A stretch of DNA of 58,374 nucleotides, counting the filler, from Dugesia japonica (lineage: Eukaryota): the NCBI GenBank assembly GCA_001938525.1. It is 5 parts of 5 records of this genome, joined end to end, with 100 filler letters (N's around TTAATTAATTAA, not from the genome) between each part and the next. Parts side by side here need not be neighbours in the genome. Positions count along the whole stretch, not along the records: positions 34,450 to 47,993 come from MQRL01624026.1; positions 48,094 to 58,374 come from MQRL01647649.1; 3 more parts are not named here. One strand, written 5' to 3'. Position numbers and translations under genes: made by a program. This document shows, piece by piece, positions 35,621 to 48,166 of the stretch (its first letter is position 1; every line of letters begins with the position of its first letter). The notes beneath the pieces are model-generated. The model searched no databases. It was given only the letters and a program-made list of their open reading frames with translations, and had not been told where the DNA came from.

Positions 35621-35712
35621 TTCATCGAAGCCTTATCTTATTTTAATGAAATCTCAAATCCGATCAATGGTTAAGTCCAACAATTATTCTCACAATAATT
35701 GTAATTATAAAA
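35621..35712 (+). mobile_element. Double-hairpin mini-element copy 2 (5' hairpin collapsed)
   Basis: Matches the 3' part of the copy at 41831. TSD CCCTGTATAT (35611-35620 and 35713-35722). Confidence 0.85.
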
Positions 35713-36713
35713 CCCTGTATATATAAATTTCTTTAATTATTTTCTAAATGCTTTAAAACTCAGAGTAATTTTGGCTAAATCAATAAAATTTTTGTGTTAT
35801 TTAAAGTTTACTAAAATCTTTGTTTATTAAAACATTTAGACTCTATAAAGCATTAGGAATACCAATTTTTTTAAAAATTAATATAAAGAATAAATACTTA
35901 AAAATAAATTTGTTTTTAAAAACAAAAAAATATTTTATTTAAAAAAAATAATTAACAAGCAAAGATCAAAGTTGCTGTTCCTTTATTTTCAATATTTCGG
36001 CATAGTCATCTTCAGGAACTATTTTTCAGTAAATTCTTATTAGAAATTTTGATAGATTGGAAATAAATCTGAGTAAAATCAATTTTCATTGGTTTTTAAT
36101 TGTAATATAAAATTAAATAAACACTTTCTCGGTTAATTAAATAGATTTATCATAATACAGCTAGTCATAATTATAGTATATTCAGCCAATCAGATTGTGG
36201 TAAATTATTATCAGTGTATTAAGTTAGATTAATTCGTTGCAGTATAATATTTAAAGATATTTTAATCAAGATATTTATTTTTTTGTTTTAATTTTTGAAG
36301 TCTTTATTACTGAATTTTGAATTGTTGGATTCATCAGATTCAACATGCATTTATTCTAAGTGATATTTCGTTGGTTTGTAGCTACATGAAATATATAATG
36401 TCAAAGACAATGTTAATCAAATAATTAAAAAAGGACAATCAAATGTAACAAACTCATTGTATTTCGAAGTCTGATGATGAATTTAAAAAATATGATTTCA
36501 ATTAATTATAAATAGTAATGCAATAAATATATATAAATATGTATTTTTATTTTATTATTTTTTATTATCATTATTAAGACATAATAAAACAATTTTTTCA
36601 TAAAAGTTTATTGTACATAAATTTCACAATGAAACAATAAATATTTACAACCACGTCGCTATTCTTTATAAAGATTCCTGATTGACAAGTTCTTGAAACG
36701 ATAAGCTAAAATA

Positions 36714-37008
36714 TTACTTATTAAGTTTATTTATTTTTTTTACTCTATGTAGAGCATTTTCTATCATAGTTAGCTCAAATTTCTTCCATTGTTGAGCTGT
36801 CTCCATAGAATTGAAGGGCACTTCTTCATAACTATTCTTCAGCATATTAACTGTAGTGCTCACTAAACTGGCTGGCTTTCTAAGATTGAGTGCATATGCT
36901 AATCCTTCCACTATTTTTGTAACCTTTTTTGTGGTTCCCATCTGATATTTATATTCAGGTGTTCTTCGTTTTTTCCTTTCTAGGAGTGCATATCTAGCAA
37001 TTGAACCT

Positions 37009-37047
<39 letters not shown>

Positions 37048-37423
37048 GTTATCATTTTTTACCTGATTCATAGCATATATTCCTTTTTCTATATCCTTTT
37101 CCAATAAATTCCTATATTCTAGGATTTCACATTAATCTCTCGAATTCTTTTTGATGATATTTGTGCTCCGGAATCGCATTTATAATTCTTTCGGAAATTA
37201 GATATCTGCAATCATACAGATATGTGTCCATGTTGTTAGCGAGAATTGTGTTCAGGTTGAACGGGTACTTGTTGCTGGTTTCTGATTGCTGGTTTGCTAT
37301 TCTTTGAATATTGTCCCTCTCCTCCTTCATTTTATTTTCAATACTCACAGGTTGTATATCTACTATAGAATTCGACGGACCATCATCGAACAGTTTAATT
37401 TCAGGAGTTCTCATATTTGACAT
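36714..37423 (-). pseudogene. Hypothetical protein(s), probably one frameshifted gene, with (AAT)n poly-Asn tract
   Basis: Adjacent co-oriented ORFs 37127-37423 and 36714-37055 with an (ATT)n microsatellite at about 37011-37042. Confidence 0.35.
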
Positions 37424-37604
37424 TGCAAAATTAGGAAATAAATGAATTATGACATTTAGTTATATACTATATTACCTAATCAATAATAATATTGATCTGT
37501 ATTGCATGTCTTGCATTTATGCTGTTAATGTAATAATTGTATATATACATAATTTCAGTGATTATGAGACAAAATATAAACAAAACAAAGTTAGTACATT
37601 TATT

Positions 37605-38057
37605 TTAATATACATAAGTCTTAATCATATTTACTTCATCATAAAAATCTAAATTCTTCAAATCAGTTAATACTATTTTCCTTGAATGGAAAACATTCAC
37701 ACACAGAGAATTAAATTTAATTAATCGAAGACCAGGAAATATTTCCGGTTCATACATACAATTTGTATTTTCAGCCGATTTCTGTAAATTTATTGTCATC
37801 TTCAAGCAAGCTGTCACTGTCAATGATTGTATTTCATCAACAAATATTTTGAATGGAAATTCCTTTCTGTCTAATGGCTTTTTACAACCCATTATTCTAT
37901 ATTTTTTACTTGGAAATATGATTATTGTATACTCTAGATACTTTAATACACATTGTTTCAGCTTATAACCAAATCGAAGACCACCTAAGTTTTCTGTCGT
38001 ATGTCCTTTATAGTTTATATTCAATAACATTACAAAAAAACAGTGACTTATTTCCAT
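37605..38057 (-). CDS. Minimal, divergent TATA-binding-protein-like protein
   Basis: Repeat 1 end TIIIFPSKKYRIMG. Repeat 2 IQSLTVT...INLQK...MYEPEIFPGLRL...VNVFHSRKIVLTDLK, compare TBP YEPELFPGL...IF.SGK.VLTGAK. 150 aa, intronless. Confidence 0.8.
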   Translation of the reverse strand: MEISHCFFVMLLNINYKGHTTENLGGLRFGYKLKQCVLKYLEYTIIIFPSKKYRIMGCKKPLDRKEFPFKIFVDEIQSLTVTACLKMTINLQKSAENTNCMYEPEIFPGLRLIKFNSLCVNVFHSRKIVLTDLKNLDFYDEVNMIKTYVY

Positions 38058-41000
38058 CTATTTATAGTTTTTTAGTATTAAAAAAATCAATACACTTATT
38101 GATAAGTTATTTAAAATCATGTATAATACAGAAGCGATTTTAATTCTTATCAATCGATACACAAGTATGATAGTTGATGAAGTTTTGAAGATTTATTCGG
38201 ACACAAAACTATTGTCGACGATCGATAATAACTGACTTTGAAAACGTTATGGATGTTGAAGACACGCTTATTGTTTAACCAAATGTTAATTTAAATCAAA
38301 TGTAATGTTTAATAAAATTTTGGATTCTTATTTTTTTAATTTCCTTTCTATATGATAAATAACAAAAGAGATTTAATAACAATATTTATTTTTTTATAAC
38401 ATTAACAAAATTTACTAAAGAGAATATATTCTAACAATAAAATACATTTAACAATTTCCACACAATATTCTTGCTTTCACCTTTTATTTTATAGCCTTGA
38501 AGTGAAATATTTATACTTGCGGAACCGCTATTTGTAAGAGTGCATAAACTTTCTAAAACATAATATTTGACACTTGATGATCGAATCAAAAATGATTTTT
38601 CTTTAGAATTTTAGTTTCAATATCTGTATCAATAAATCTCAATTCATTTTTTAAGAATTCCAAATTGTAATCTGACAAATGGGTTATCATGTGTTAACTT
38701 TTTGAACCTTGACAACATCAATCATTTCATATCCATTATATATTATAACAGGATTGAAAATTCCTGAAATGAAATTAATGAAATAATCCAATAACAAAAG
38801 ATAACCTACATCGTTTGATCTTTTCTCACCAAATATTTTTTTGGATTTTGTTTCATTCTTCCTTGTTCATCAAACTGACTAGAAAAGTCAAGCATGCCTT
38901 TTAATCATCTCATTTGAGCTAGAATGTGTTCAACTTTCCTTCTACCTTCAGTAAATGTTTGCATTTCTTCTATTGTAACGTCAACTGGTTTTCCTTCATC
39001 GAGAGTACCAATATAACCGACTGAATACCATTAGTGTTTTTCTTGCTAATAGTATACAATTCTATATGAAATTTGATCGGATTATTTTGCTTATTGTATG
39101 TTATTCAGTTCTTTCAAGTACCCATTATTTTCGTATACCTGCATTCCAGCCCAACAAATGCATATAGCTTTAATAGACTCTTTGTGATATTAATAGCATT
39201 CACAATTCAAATATGTTTTGATGGTACGAGAATTAAAAAAAGATTATACAATATAAATTGTGAGAGATAAAAATCATTAAAATTTATGAACCTGAAATTT
39301 ACGAATCGTAAAATATTTAACAAATTATACATATTTGTTAAAGCAATGTTATTAAGATAATTTCCAATCAATAATATATTTATTAAAATTCATTTGAATC
39401 TTTCAATATCTATAATACTTTCTCTGAACTTTTTAACTTCCGAATTGCTCTTGCAATTTTTTTTATTCGAAAATAATATTTAAATTATTTTATGCCAACA
39501 TTAATAATAATAAAATAATTTCAAATGCTTAATTTATGAAACTTAATTTATAAAAAAAACCAAACATTTTAAAATAAAAATTCCGGTTTGTAAAAAATTC
39601 CAATATTTAATTAGTTATCCTTAAAATGAAAAAATAAGAATTACTAAATTTTAACGCTAAAAATATTTCAATACTTTAAAGTTTAGCCAGATGAATAATC
39701 ATGGTGTAACAAATTATACTTGAGAATCAGAGTACTTAAAAATAATTGACTTAAATTTAACAATTTAATGTTAAAAATGAAAATTTATAGTTTTCTAAAG
39801 TTAAATATTTATAATTTTCTGATAATTCGATTTAGTTAAACATGAGAAATGTAGTTCCGTGAAGAACTATCTAGTTGTCGACACTCGAATTTAAATGGAT
39901 ACGCCGACAAAAAACTAACACAATATGTATTATGACAACAAATATAAATTATTAGGCATGTAATTGGTTATTTAACTGATGTCAAATATAAATAATGATT
40001 ATAATAAATGAATAACTAAATTAATACGTTTGAATTCTTTGTAAATATTTATTTAAAATTTACAAAATATAATTTAGTTAAACGTATTAATAATTTAGTT
40101 TGATAAAAATTAGTCAAGACAAATTCAAGTGCGTGAGATTTTAGGGTTTCTCCGAGCTTTTGCTCCTATGCATATAAATACAGAAAATCCATACAGATAA
40201 TACATTATCGCCATAAAAGTTTTCAAATGGTGGGACTAAAATTTCATCATCACAAATAAATAAATATACTTTTATTTTATTTTTCTTTATTTTTTGATAT
40301 GTATTTTATGCAACTGTAACATATGTACCCCATTTAGTTTTTTAATTTCCAAAAAAACTTTATTTTATATGTATACATCTTATTTCCCCAACTAGCATAA
40401 TAACAAGAATTCATAAGAATAATTCTATCAACAATAACCATAATCGATTAAATAACGAGCTCTAGCTTCTTTATCAATCTATTTTTCTGTGATACGTGTG
40501 GGAGCAAGGTCCGTTCACATATTTTAACATAATGCGGCTCGATGATGAATTTTTCGAGCAGCTTGTGGTATCCCGTCTTCCTTGATCGGGCCAATGTTGA
40601 TATAACCAGCGTTCGGCCGCATCCATTCGACGTTGCTCATTTAATTCTGAATGGCAAATTCGACCTATCCACTAAGATACTCGAGTCGTGGTGATAAAGG
40701 TTCTTCAACCGGCGGAAAACCATTTGTTATGTCAAGGACCAATCTCCAACATTATGAGAAGAGAATATAAGTAATTTTACGATGAAGAATGAAGAATGAA
40801 TAACAAAAGTTAAATGACAAATAATTACAAGTGAAACAATTCCAGTAACTTTTACCAGGATGTCTATAGTAATTGTAAATTAGAAATCCAAAACACACAA
40901 CTCAACGGTTAAATGAATATTTATGAAAACGGGAGATAAGGCGTTTGGCAAAGCGCTGATGCGACTTCCGCGGTGCTCTCTGGTTGAAGGGATTGTGGCG

Positions 41001-41830
41001 AATAAGAAAAATTTGCACAATTCGAATTCCAGTATCGTGCTCGTTCGCGTTTGTAGGAATTCCTAATACGAAGTGTTTCGAGCAATATGGGATCCACATT
41101 TGTTCTTTCTGCCAGCATCCCAGTGCCTTCACTCAGATGTTCCCTTATCGGTATGCCTTTTTTAGTACCATCATCAAGGAGATTCAACTTCCATACGTGT
41201 TCATGGATCATGTCTGCTTAAACAGTAACTTTAATTCAGTATCGTTTTTAAAATAATTTAATGAATAAAATAGGACAGGCGAAAAATAAGATAACACAAT
41301 TTATTTATCAATCGAAAATATCAATAAACAAATTTATATTGTCAAATATCAGGTGGTTCCAAAGGGAACATCTCGGTAAAGCAAGCCAGATCGGTGTCGT
41401 CGGGGTACTCTATTTCCTCCGGATGTAAGACACGATCAATTAACTGGTAAAGGCGAGCCAGTTCCCTCTCGTGGCGAATGATCTGAAATATCATATGAGG
41501 TATACTTGGCATGGTCTAAAAGTAATGACAGGATAATTAACAAGTTGAAATCGCGGGGCTTCTGTTGCAGATAAGAGACGCCATACAAAAGAAAATTGGT
41601 GTGACCCTTGTTATAGATTGTAAATCGTACCTGAAGTCTGTTGATATTAACGATCACCAAAGTTAATAGTGATGATAGAAATAATCCTACTATTATTAGT
41701 AATGAAGATAATAAAGGTCAACTCAATTAATACTGAAGAAATAGTAATAATTATACTGTTAATAATAATCATAGCGATAATGGTAATAATGTTTCTAATA
41801 ATAACCCTAAAATAACAATAATAATAATAG

Positions 41831-41999
41831 TTCATTAAAATAAGATAAGGCTTCGATCAAAACAAAACAAAATTTATTTCTAAAAAAAGTTCAAATTTTG
41901 TTCTGTTTTGATCGAAGCCTTATCTTATTTTAATGAAATCTCAAATCCGATCAATGGTTAAGTCCAACAATTATTCTCACAATAATTGTAATTATAAAA
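41831..41999 (+). mobile_element. Double-hairpin mini-element copy 3 (most complete, 169 bp)
   Basis: 45-bp inverted arms (41831-41875 and 41893-41937, one mismatch). 3' stem ACAATTATT-CTCAC-AATAATTGT. TSD TAATAATAG. Interrupts an Asn-codon-rich tract. Confidence 0.9.
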
Positions 42000-43800
42000 T
42001 AATAATAGTGATTATATTAATGATAATAATAATCAATATGATAACAGCAACGATAGGGGTAATAGTAATATTCTTAATAATAATTATAATATGATATTAT
42101 TAACGATAACTATGCGTTGATAGGTGTAGAGAAACCATCATAGCAATGACGATAATATTCGTGTCAGAGACGACAGCGGTAACGCGACGAAATCGATAGA
42201 GTTGATTATTGCTACACCCTATCTACCGGGAATTACGAGTAATTGACATTACTTGCAATATTTCGTGGTTACTATAAATACAACATTATTGTCTAGCATT
42301 AATTTAGTTAGTGAACTTCTCCTGACTGCAGTATTCATTGTGTTTAATTTCCCTGCTAGGGTGTGTGCGTGGCAGTTTTTCTTATTAGATCATGACACTT
42401 ATCGTTATCGGTCGCTTGAATATGATTACACCTTGTCAATTGAATTAGTGGGTTCATGGATAATAGCTTCATAGTCGAGTTTGTGTTTACATAATTTATT
42501 ATGGGCGGAAAAGATGGTTACACATCTATTAGTTATTTATTCTTGTGGCGATATCAATTCACGACTTACTAGAATGCTTAGTTTGCTTAATCGTACCTGC
42601 CCCAATTGAATAGAGATATGTGATTATTAATATTTAATTTAGAAGTAATGTGGATCGCAAGGGAGAGAATTTTACTGCGACCTTAGATCAATTCAAAAAG
42701 TTTAACCTATACGCCATATAGTTTTCTCTAGAAATATAATAAATACATTTTTAGCATGAATTAATTTAGTTTCAAACATATTTAACAGAAATTCACCTCA
42801 TTAAAATATAAAAAGAAATCAAAATGCATGCTCACTATTTAAGTTTAATGATCTGCGGCCGAGATTGTTTTAATGGTTTCCTTTTTCCTCCTTTTCGGGT
42901 AGTGTTTCCTGATAATTAGTTGCTAATTCTGTTAGGTTATTGCTAATACAAGCTCTTATAGTTGATAATAATGAAAATTAGAAGAATATATCGTCTAAAA
43001 TTCGGGGGTTTTTATACTTTACTTATGCAACTCCGACTTGGTTCTAATTGGATCAATATTTTTAGATTTTCTCTGAGTTTTCATTCGTTCCTTTCTGCAT
43101 TTATATATTTTTTCTAATTCTTTCGTGTTTTCTTATTGGTGTTTATTTTTGGGTACCGCATGATTTTCATGTATTTATTCTTTGTTCTTTTCATGGCTTC
43201 TTATTGGTTCAATCTTCCTGACCCTTTCTTGACTCTTCTAAAAATGATACCTTTTAATTTTAGCAGAAATGAATTGCTTTTACTGATATCTATCCAGTTT
43301 CTGTTGTCTCGTCGTTGTTTGACCATTCTATGGAAAGTTATTCACATTTTTCCGATTTTCATGTCAATGACCTTTCTTTTTCGCATTAGTTAATTAATTT
43401 TTTCTTTATTATTTCTTAATTTCATTTCTCGATATTTTAATTTATTCAATTATAATTTATAATATTTCTTGATTATGGAGGGTCACTCCTTGCTCTTCGG
43501 TATTTCTAATTTATTTCTGAATATTTCTAATTAGTTATTTGTAATTATCTTCGTTTTATTTTTTTGATTAAAATTAATATTCAATTATTGATTGTCTAGT
43601 TGCTGGGGGTCTGCCATTTATTAGTTCTTCCTTTCAATGTTTTAACTGGTTTCTTTTCTTGGGTCCCTATTTCTTTTATCTTCGATAATCGGGTGTTTCA
43701 CCTCAACATTATGAAGCTGATATGTTCCTTGATTGTCCCATCTAATTATTTAGAGGCAAAGTTCAACTTGTCTATTCGAATAATAATAATCAATTGAATA

Positions 43801-44556
43801 CAAATTGGTAAGGTCCAAAGGTTAGATCGATAGTTTCCGCATGACTGAACTTACCAGCAAAAAAGAAATCGTTCCGAAGCTTGCCTTTACTCTCACGATA
43901 TAAAGTCGAACAATTTCTTTAACGTGTCGTGATATGTGATGAAATATATATTCGTTTCGATAATCGTAGGGGTTCATCTTTAGTTTGATAAACGTGAATT
44001 ACCAAAACAGAGTTTAAAGCTAAAATTCATCAAAAAAGATAATATTATCTGTTTGGTGGTCTAGCGCTGATAGAACAGCTTTTTAATAACCGGTCAATAC
44101 ATTACGGATGTCTACTGCAACCAATGGGACAACATGGTGAGATTGCTTAAGATTAAGCAGCCGAGATTAGTCATTAGAGACAGGCTAATTTTCTTGCAAG
44201 ACAACGCTCGACATCATGTTAACCTACCAACGCTACTAAAACTGCTGGGTTTTGAATTGGAAACTATCATTCACTGTATTCACCAGACATTGTTCCAACA
44301 CTATCATTTATTCCAGGCATTAGAAAACTTCTTAGTGGAAATATTATTGGAATCTGAAGAGACTGCAAAAAACTTCTTTCGTGATTTTAATTGCTACTAT
44401 CACCAGACATCGCTGCTTAAATAATCAAGTGGCAATTAAGATGTCAAAATTATGTCATTAGTTTTGATGCATATTCGAATAAATGTATTTTTGCTTGTTA
44501 AATAATAATCCGAAATTTTGATTAAAAATTCGACATTTCATACTTAATAATCTAAT
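43801..44556 (+). mobile_element. Mariner transposon, 5'-truncated and decayed
   Basis: GKVQRLDR*FPHD (WVPHEL motif), VVICDE, FLQDNARHH, YSPDIVP, YHLFQAL. TIR-like 3' end AAAATTCGACATTTCATACTTAATAATCTAA. Confidence 0.9.
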
Positions 44557-45775
44557 CTAAGCAAACTAAACACACTATAAACACATTGTAAAAATTATAA
44601 ATATAAATAAATAAATAAAGATTTACTGTTTTTGAAAGTTTGCATATACTGTTAGAACGTTAGACTTTGGTGTTTTGATATTCGAATTACTTGTACCGCT
44701 TTTCATTATTTAACTAATAATTTCTATTTGTCTAGGGGTATGCCTAAAATCCTCTTATCCTGGTTCAGTGCGACTTTGCGGTATCGCATCTTAATTATTT
44801 CATTACCGGGCAACATGTATATTGCTCATTCTTTCATTTCTATTTTTTAGAAAACCAAATTTGAAAGAAAAAAATTATTTTTCACTAACCATACATAGTC
44901 AAAAGGAATCAATAACAGTCTGCTGCTAAGATTTATTTTCCAGGCTTTATCATATTATACCTTCTGTATTCTCCTTCGCACTTGGTTCCCCCTTCGCTTG
45001 CTGGCAGGACAACCAGTGTCTTGAGCGTTGTGAAGAGTAGACTCTCTTTCCGCATAGATTTTAATCACTTTACTTCGCTACTTAATTCTCACTTTTCTTC
45101 CTTCCATTTCTTCTGGATGTTTAACATTAAACTCGTATTTAATGTTTCCTTCACCGATTTAGACACTTAATTAGACACTGTGTGTGTTTGATTGCAACGC
45201 CCTCATTTGTCAATCAAATCATCACCGGTTAGTGTGTGCGCGAATGAATTTACTGCACACCTCGAGTGGTGTTGATTGTGTGTAGATGAGCTGTCTCATC
45301 ACAAAAAAACTGCTAATGTTGAACCATGGGGTATCGTACATTTTAAATGGTTAGTGCAACTAATTGATCTTGTCATTGTGATTATTGTTGTCACGCCCGA
45401 TACTCCACCACTGGGTCCCTATGATCAATTCCTCTAATTTTCCATTTCACTTGGTTTTGTTGTCACCTCGTGTTTCAACTTCGCTTCCGCTGGAAATCTC
45501 CTTGAACCGGTCCTTAACAAATTTTCCATGAAATTATCAATAAAATCTCTTGCTGTTTATGTAACACATTTGACTGATTTCCAGACTTTTTATTATTTGT
45601 CATCATCTTTTCACGTTGGAACTTTCTAGTTGTCCACATTTCACTTGTCCTACTCTTTTGCATCGTACTACTTGCTGTCACTATTGACATTTCTGCCGTT
45701 TTCAGATATGTCTTCATTTTCGTTTCTGGTTTTGTCGGCTTTATTGTTGCTCGCGTTTGGCTGACATTTATTGGG

Positions 45776-45876
45776 TTTTATAATTACAATTATTGTGAGA
45801 ATAATTGTTGGACTTAACCATTGATTGCATTTGAGATTTCCTTAAAATAAAGAAAAGGCTTCGATCAAATTTTGAT
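45776..45876 (-). mobile_element. Double-hairpin mini-element copy 4 (truncated)
   Basis: Reverse complement of the 3' about 95 bp of the copy at 41831. No TSD found. Confidence 0.85.
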
Positions 45877-46090
45877 AAAAAAGGAGTTGATACAAACTCA
45901 GAATGAAAATAAAATTTTAAAGAAAAAAATAGAAAAAATAAAAAATATAAGTTTTTTTATTATTAATATTTTAGTAATCGTAATCATAATCGATTGGTTT
46001 TTGAAAATATACTTATAATAATTGTAAAGTAAAGTAATGGAAAGTAAAATGGAAAAGTAAAGTAAAGTAAGTATTTAATTTATTAATAAA

Positions 46091-46255
46091 ATGTCTTCTA
46101 ATATACAAAGATTTTTACAACCAGGTTCAACTGAAGAAGAATTTTTTAATTTATTAAAAAGTTATAATTTTAAAGAAAATTCTGTTTTAGCTTTTGCAAA
46201 GCAAAATAATGTAAATGAGAAAACAGTAAGAAAATATTTAAGGGAATTAAATTAA
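46091..46255 (+). CDS. Small HTH-like protein (54 aa; may continue by frameshift into a Q/P/N-rich tail)
   Basis: MSSNIQ...SVLAFAKQNNVNEKTVRKYLRELN fits an HTH pattern. Confidence 0.45.
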   Translation: MSSNIQRFLQPGSTEEEFFNLLKSYNFKENSVLAFAKQNNVNEKTVRKYLRELN

Positions 46256-46574
46256 AAGTACAGTTACTAAAACTTTAGAAAGGGGTGTTAATGGACAATA
46301 TAAATTTGTCTTTAAACCATAACTGCCAATCCCAAAGATTCCAATTCAAAATTCCATTAGACCCATTCAAAATCAAAATCACAAAGGGTCCCATCCTATT
46401 AGACCAGTTCAAATTCAAAATCCCAACGTGTCCCATCAAATTCAAAATCAAGAAACACAAGAAGTTCAAAAACCTATTATAGATTATCGAAAAATGAATA
46501 ATGATGACTTTATAAAATGTATGGAAAAAACTGTTCGCAGAAAATTATAGAATTTTGTTTTTTGAGTAAAGAAA

Positions 46575-46886
46575 ATGGCTAGTAAAAAAGTAGTTGTTGT
46601 TAAACCAAAACCACAAGAAGTTTTGACTATTAATACTTTNTATAATAGTATAAATAATTTAGCAAATCTTGAAAATTTTACTTTTGAAGAAATTAATAAT
46701 TTTGCTAAATGTGAAATTACAAGTAAAACAGCAAACAAATATTTAGCTGTTTTAAAAGATATTTTTTGTCAAGTTGAGAACTTTAAAGATAGCGAAAAGT
46801 TTAAAATATTATTAACAGTAATGTTTTCAAAATTTTGTGAATCAGAATGTAAAAGTAAATTAATAAATAGTTTATCTAAACAATAA
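46575..46886 (+). CDS. Hypothetical viral protein
   Basis: 103-aa ATG ORF preceded by an A-rich start context. Coding-like sequence continues past the stop. Confidence 0.4.
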   Translation: MASKKVVVVKPKPQEVLTINTXYNSINNLANLENFTFEEINNFAKCEITSKTANKYLAVLKDIFCQVENFKDSEKFKILLTVMFSKFCESECKSKLINSLSKQ

Positions 46887-48093
46887 CTTAGAAATGTAGA
46901 AATTATAAAACAACTAGAAAGTGATTACCAAAAAGATAGAGATGAACATAATAAATTAAGAGAACAATATAATTTAGAACAAAAACCTAAATTTTTAGAA
47001 CACCCTGGTTTGAAACTTTCCTTTATAAAATATGAAGATGATGATGACTTAATTATTTCAAATTTAGATTGTATTAACATAGCAAATGAAATTTAAAAAT
47101 ATAATGATAATTTATGTGAAAGATTAACTCGAGTAAAAGTTCCACAAGAATATGAAGATGAAATTAAAAGAGTTTATGCAGCTAAAAGCGAGAGCTAAAA
47201 TCAGAGCTAACTTAAATAAAAAATGAAAATAAAATCTTGAAAGAAAAAAGAACAAATAAAAAAATGTAGTTTTTATAAATAATTATAAATAAATTAATAA
47301 TGAGTGAAAATTGGGATTTATTTTTAAAAAANNNNNNNNNNNNNNNNNNNNNATGAATTAAAACAAGCTTGGGGATGGTGTCTTTTTAAACGGAAACCAG
47401 AAATAAATAAATCATTTATATTTATAAATCTATTAGAAATAATGTGGAAATGTAAATATTTATCAGATGAAGAAACTTCAAATTTGTTAAATTATCTAAA
47501 TAATTTTATTTTTAGTAATATTGATCTATATAATTTATTTTTTTATTATAAATAATTATATTATAAATTAATAATGATTATAATATTTATTTTTTTTTAA
47601 AACAGTTTATCTTCAAGAATTTTGTTTAGATAGTGTTGAAAAACCATTTTTACATTTGAGTGGTTTTAATAAATCTTGTAAATCATTTTCAGATATATGT
47701 TTAGATAATAAAAATCAATAGTGTAATATTACAAATAAAAAATATTTAGATTATTCATTAGAAAAGGCTGTTTTAAAATTATAAAAGATAAATCAATCAT
47801 TTATGGATAATATCAAACATTGTGATTTAAGAAACACATGTTATAAAAAAGATGTAAATTGTTATTCAGCAATAAATAAATGTGAACAATGCTATATTCC
47901 TTTTGATATTATTGTTTTAATAAATTTTGCTTTAATTCAATTAGGTATGGATTCAATTGTATTGAATTCATCAAAATATTCTTTATGTTTCTTNNNNNNN
48001 NNNNNNNNNNNNNNNNNNNNNNNNNNNNNNNNNNNNNTTAATTAATTAANNNNNNNNNNNNNNNNNNNNNNNNNNNNNNNNNNNNNNNNNNNN

Positions 48094-48166
48094 ATTTTAA
48101 TGAAATCTCAAATGCAATCAATGGTTAAGTCCAACAATTATTCTCACAATAATTGTAATTATACAA
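48094..48166 (+). mobile_element. Double-hairpin mini-element copy 5 (3' part, contig start)
   Basis: ATTTTAATGAAATCTCAAATGCAATCAATGGTTAAGTCCAACAATTATTCTCACAATAATTGTAATTATA directly after the gap. Confidence 0.85.

Noticed and set aside
37605-38057. Calling this the host TBP gene
   Set aside because: Too short and divergent, with the first repeat eroded and conserved glycines substituted, so no gene symbol was assigned.
39850-39880. Helitron 3' end (small hairpin then CTAGT)
   Set aside because: The hairpin is weak and abuts CTAG, and no matching 5' end or Rep/helicase remnant was found.
41831-41999. Hammerhead ribozyme/retrozyme or tRNA-derived SINE identity for the hairpin element
   Set aside because: No CUGANGA...GAAA core on either strand and no A/B boxes.
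48100-48166. N-terminus MKSQMQSMVKSNNYSHNNCNY of ORF 48100-48645
   Set aside because: It is translated mini-element sequence, not the true polB start.
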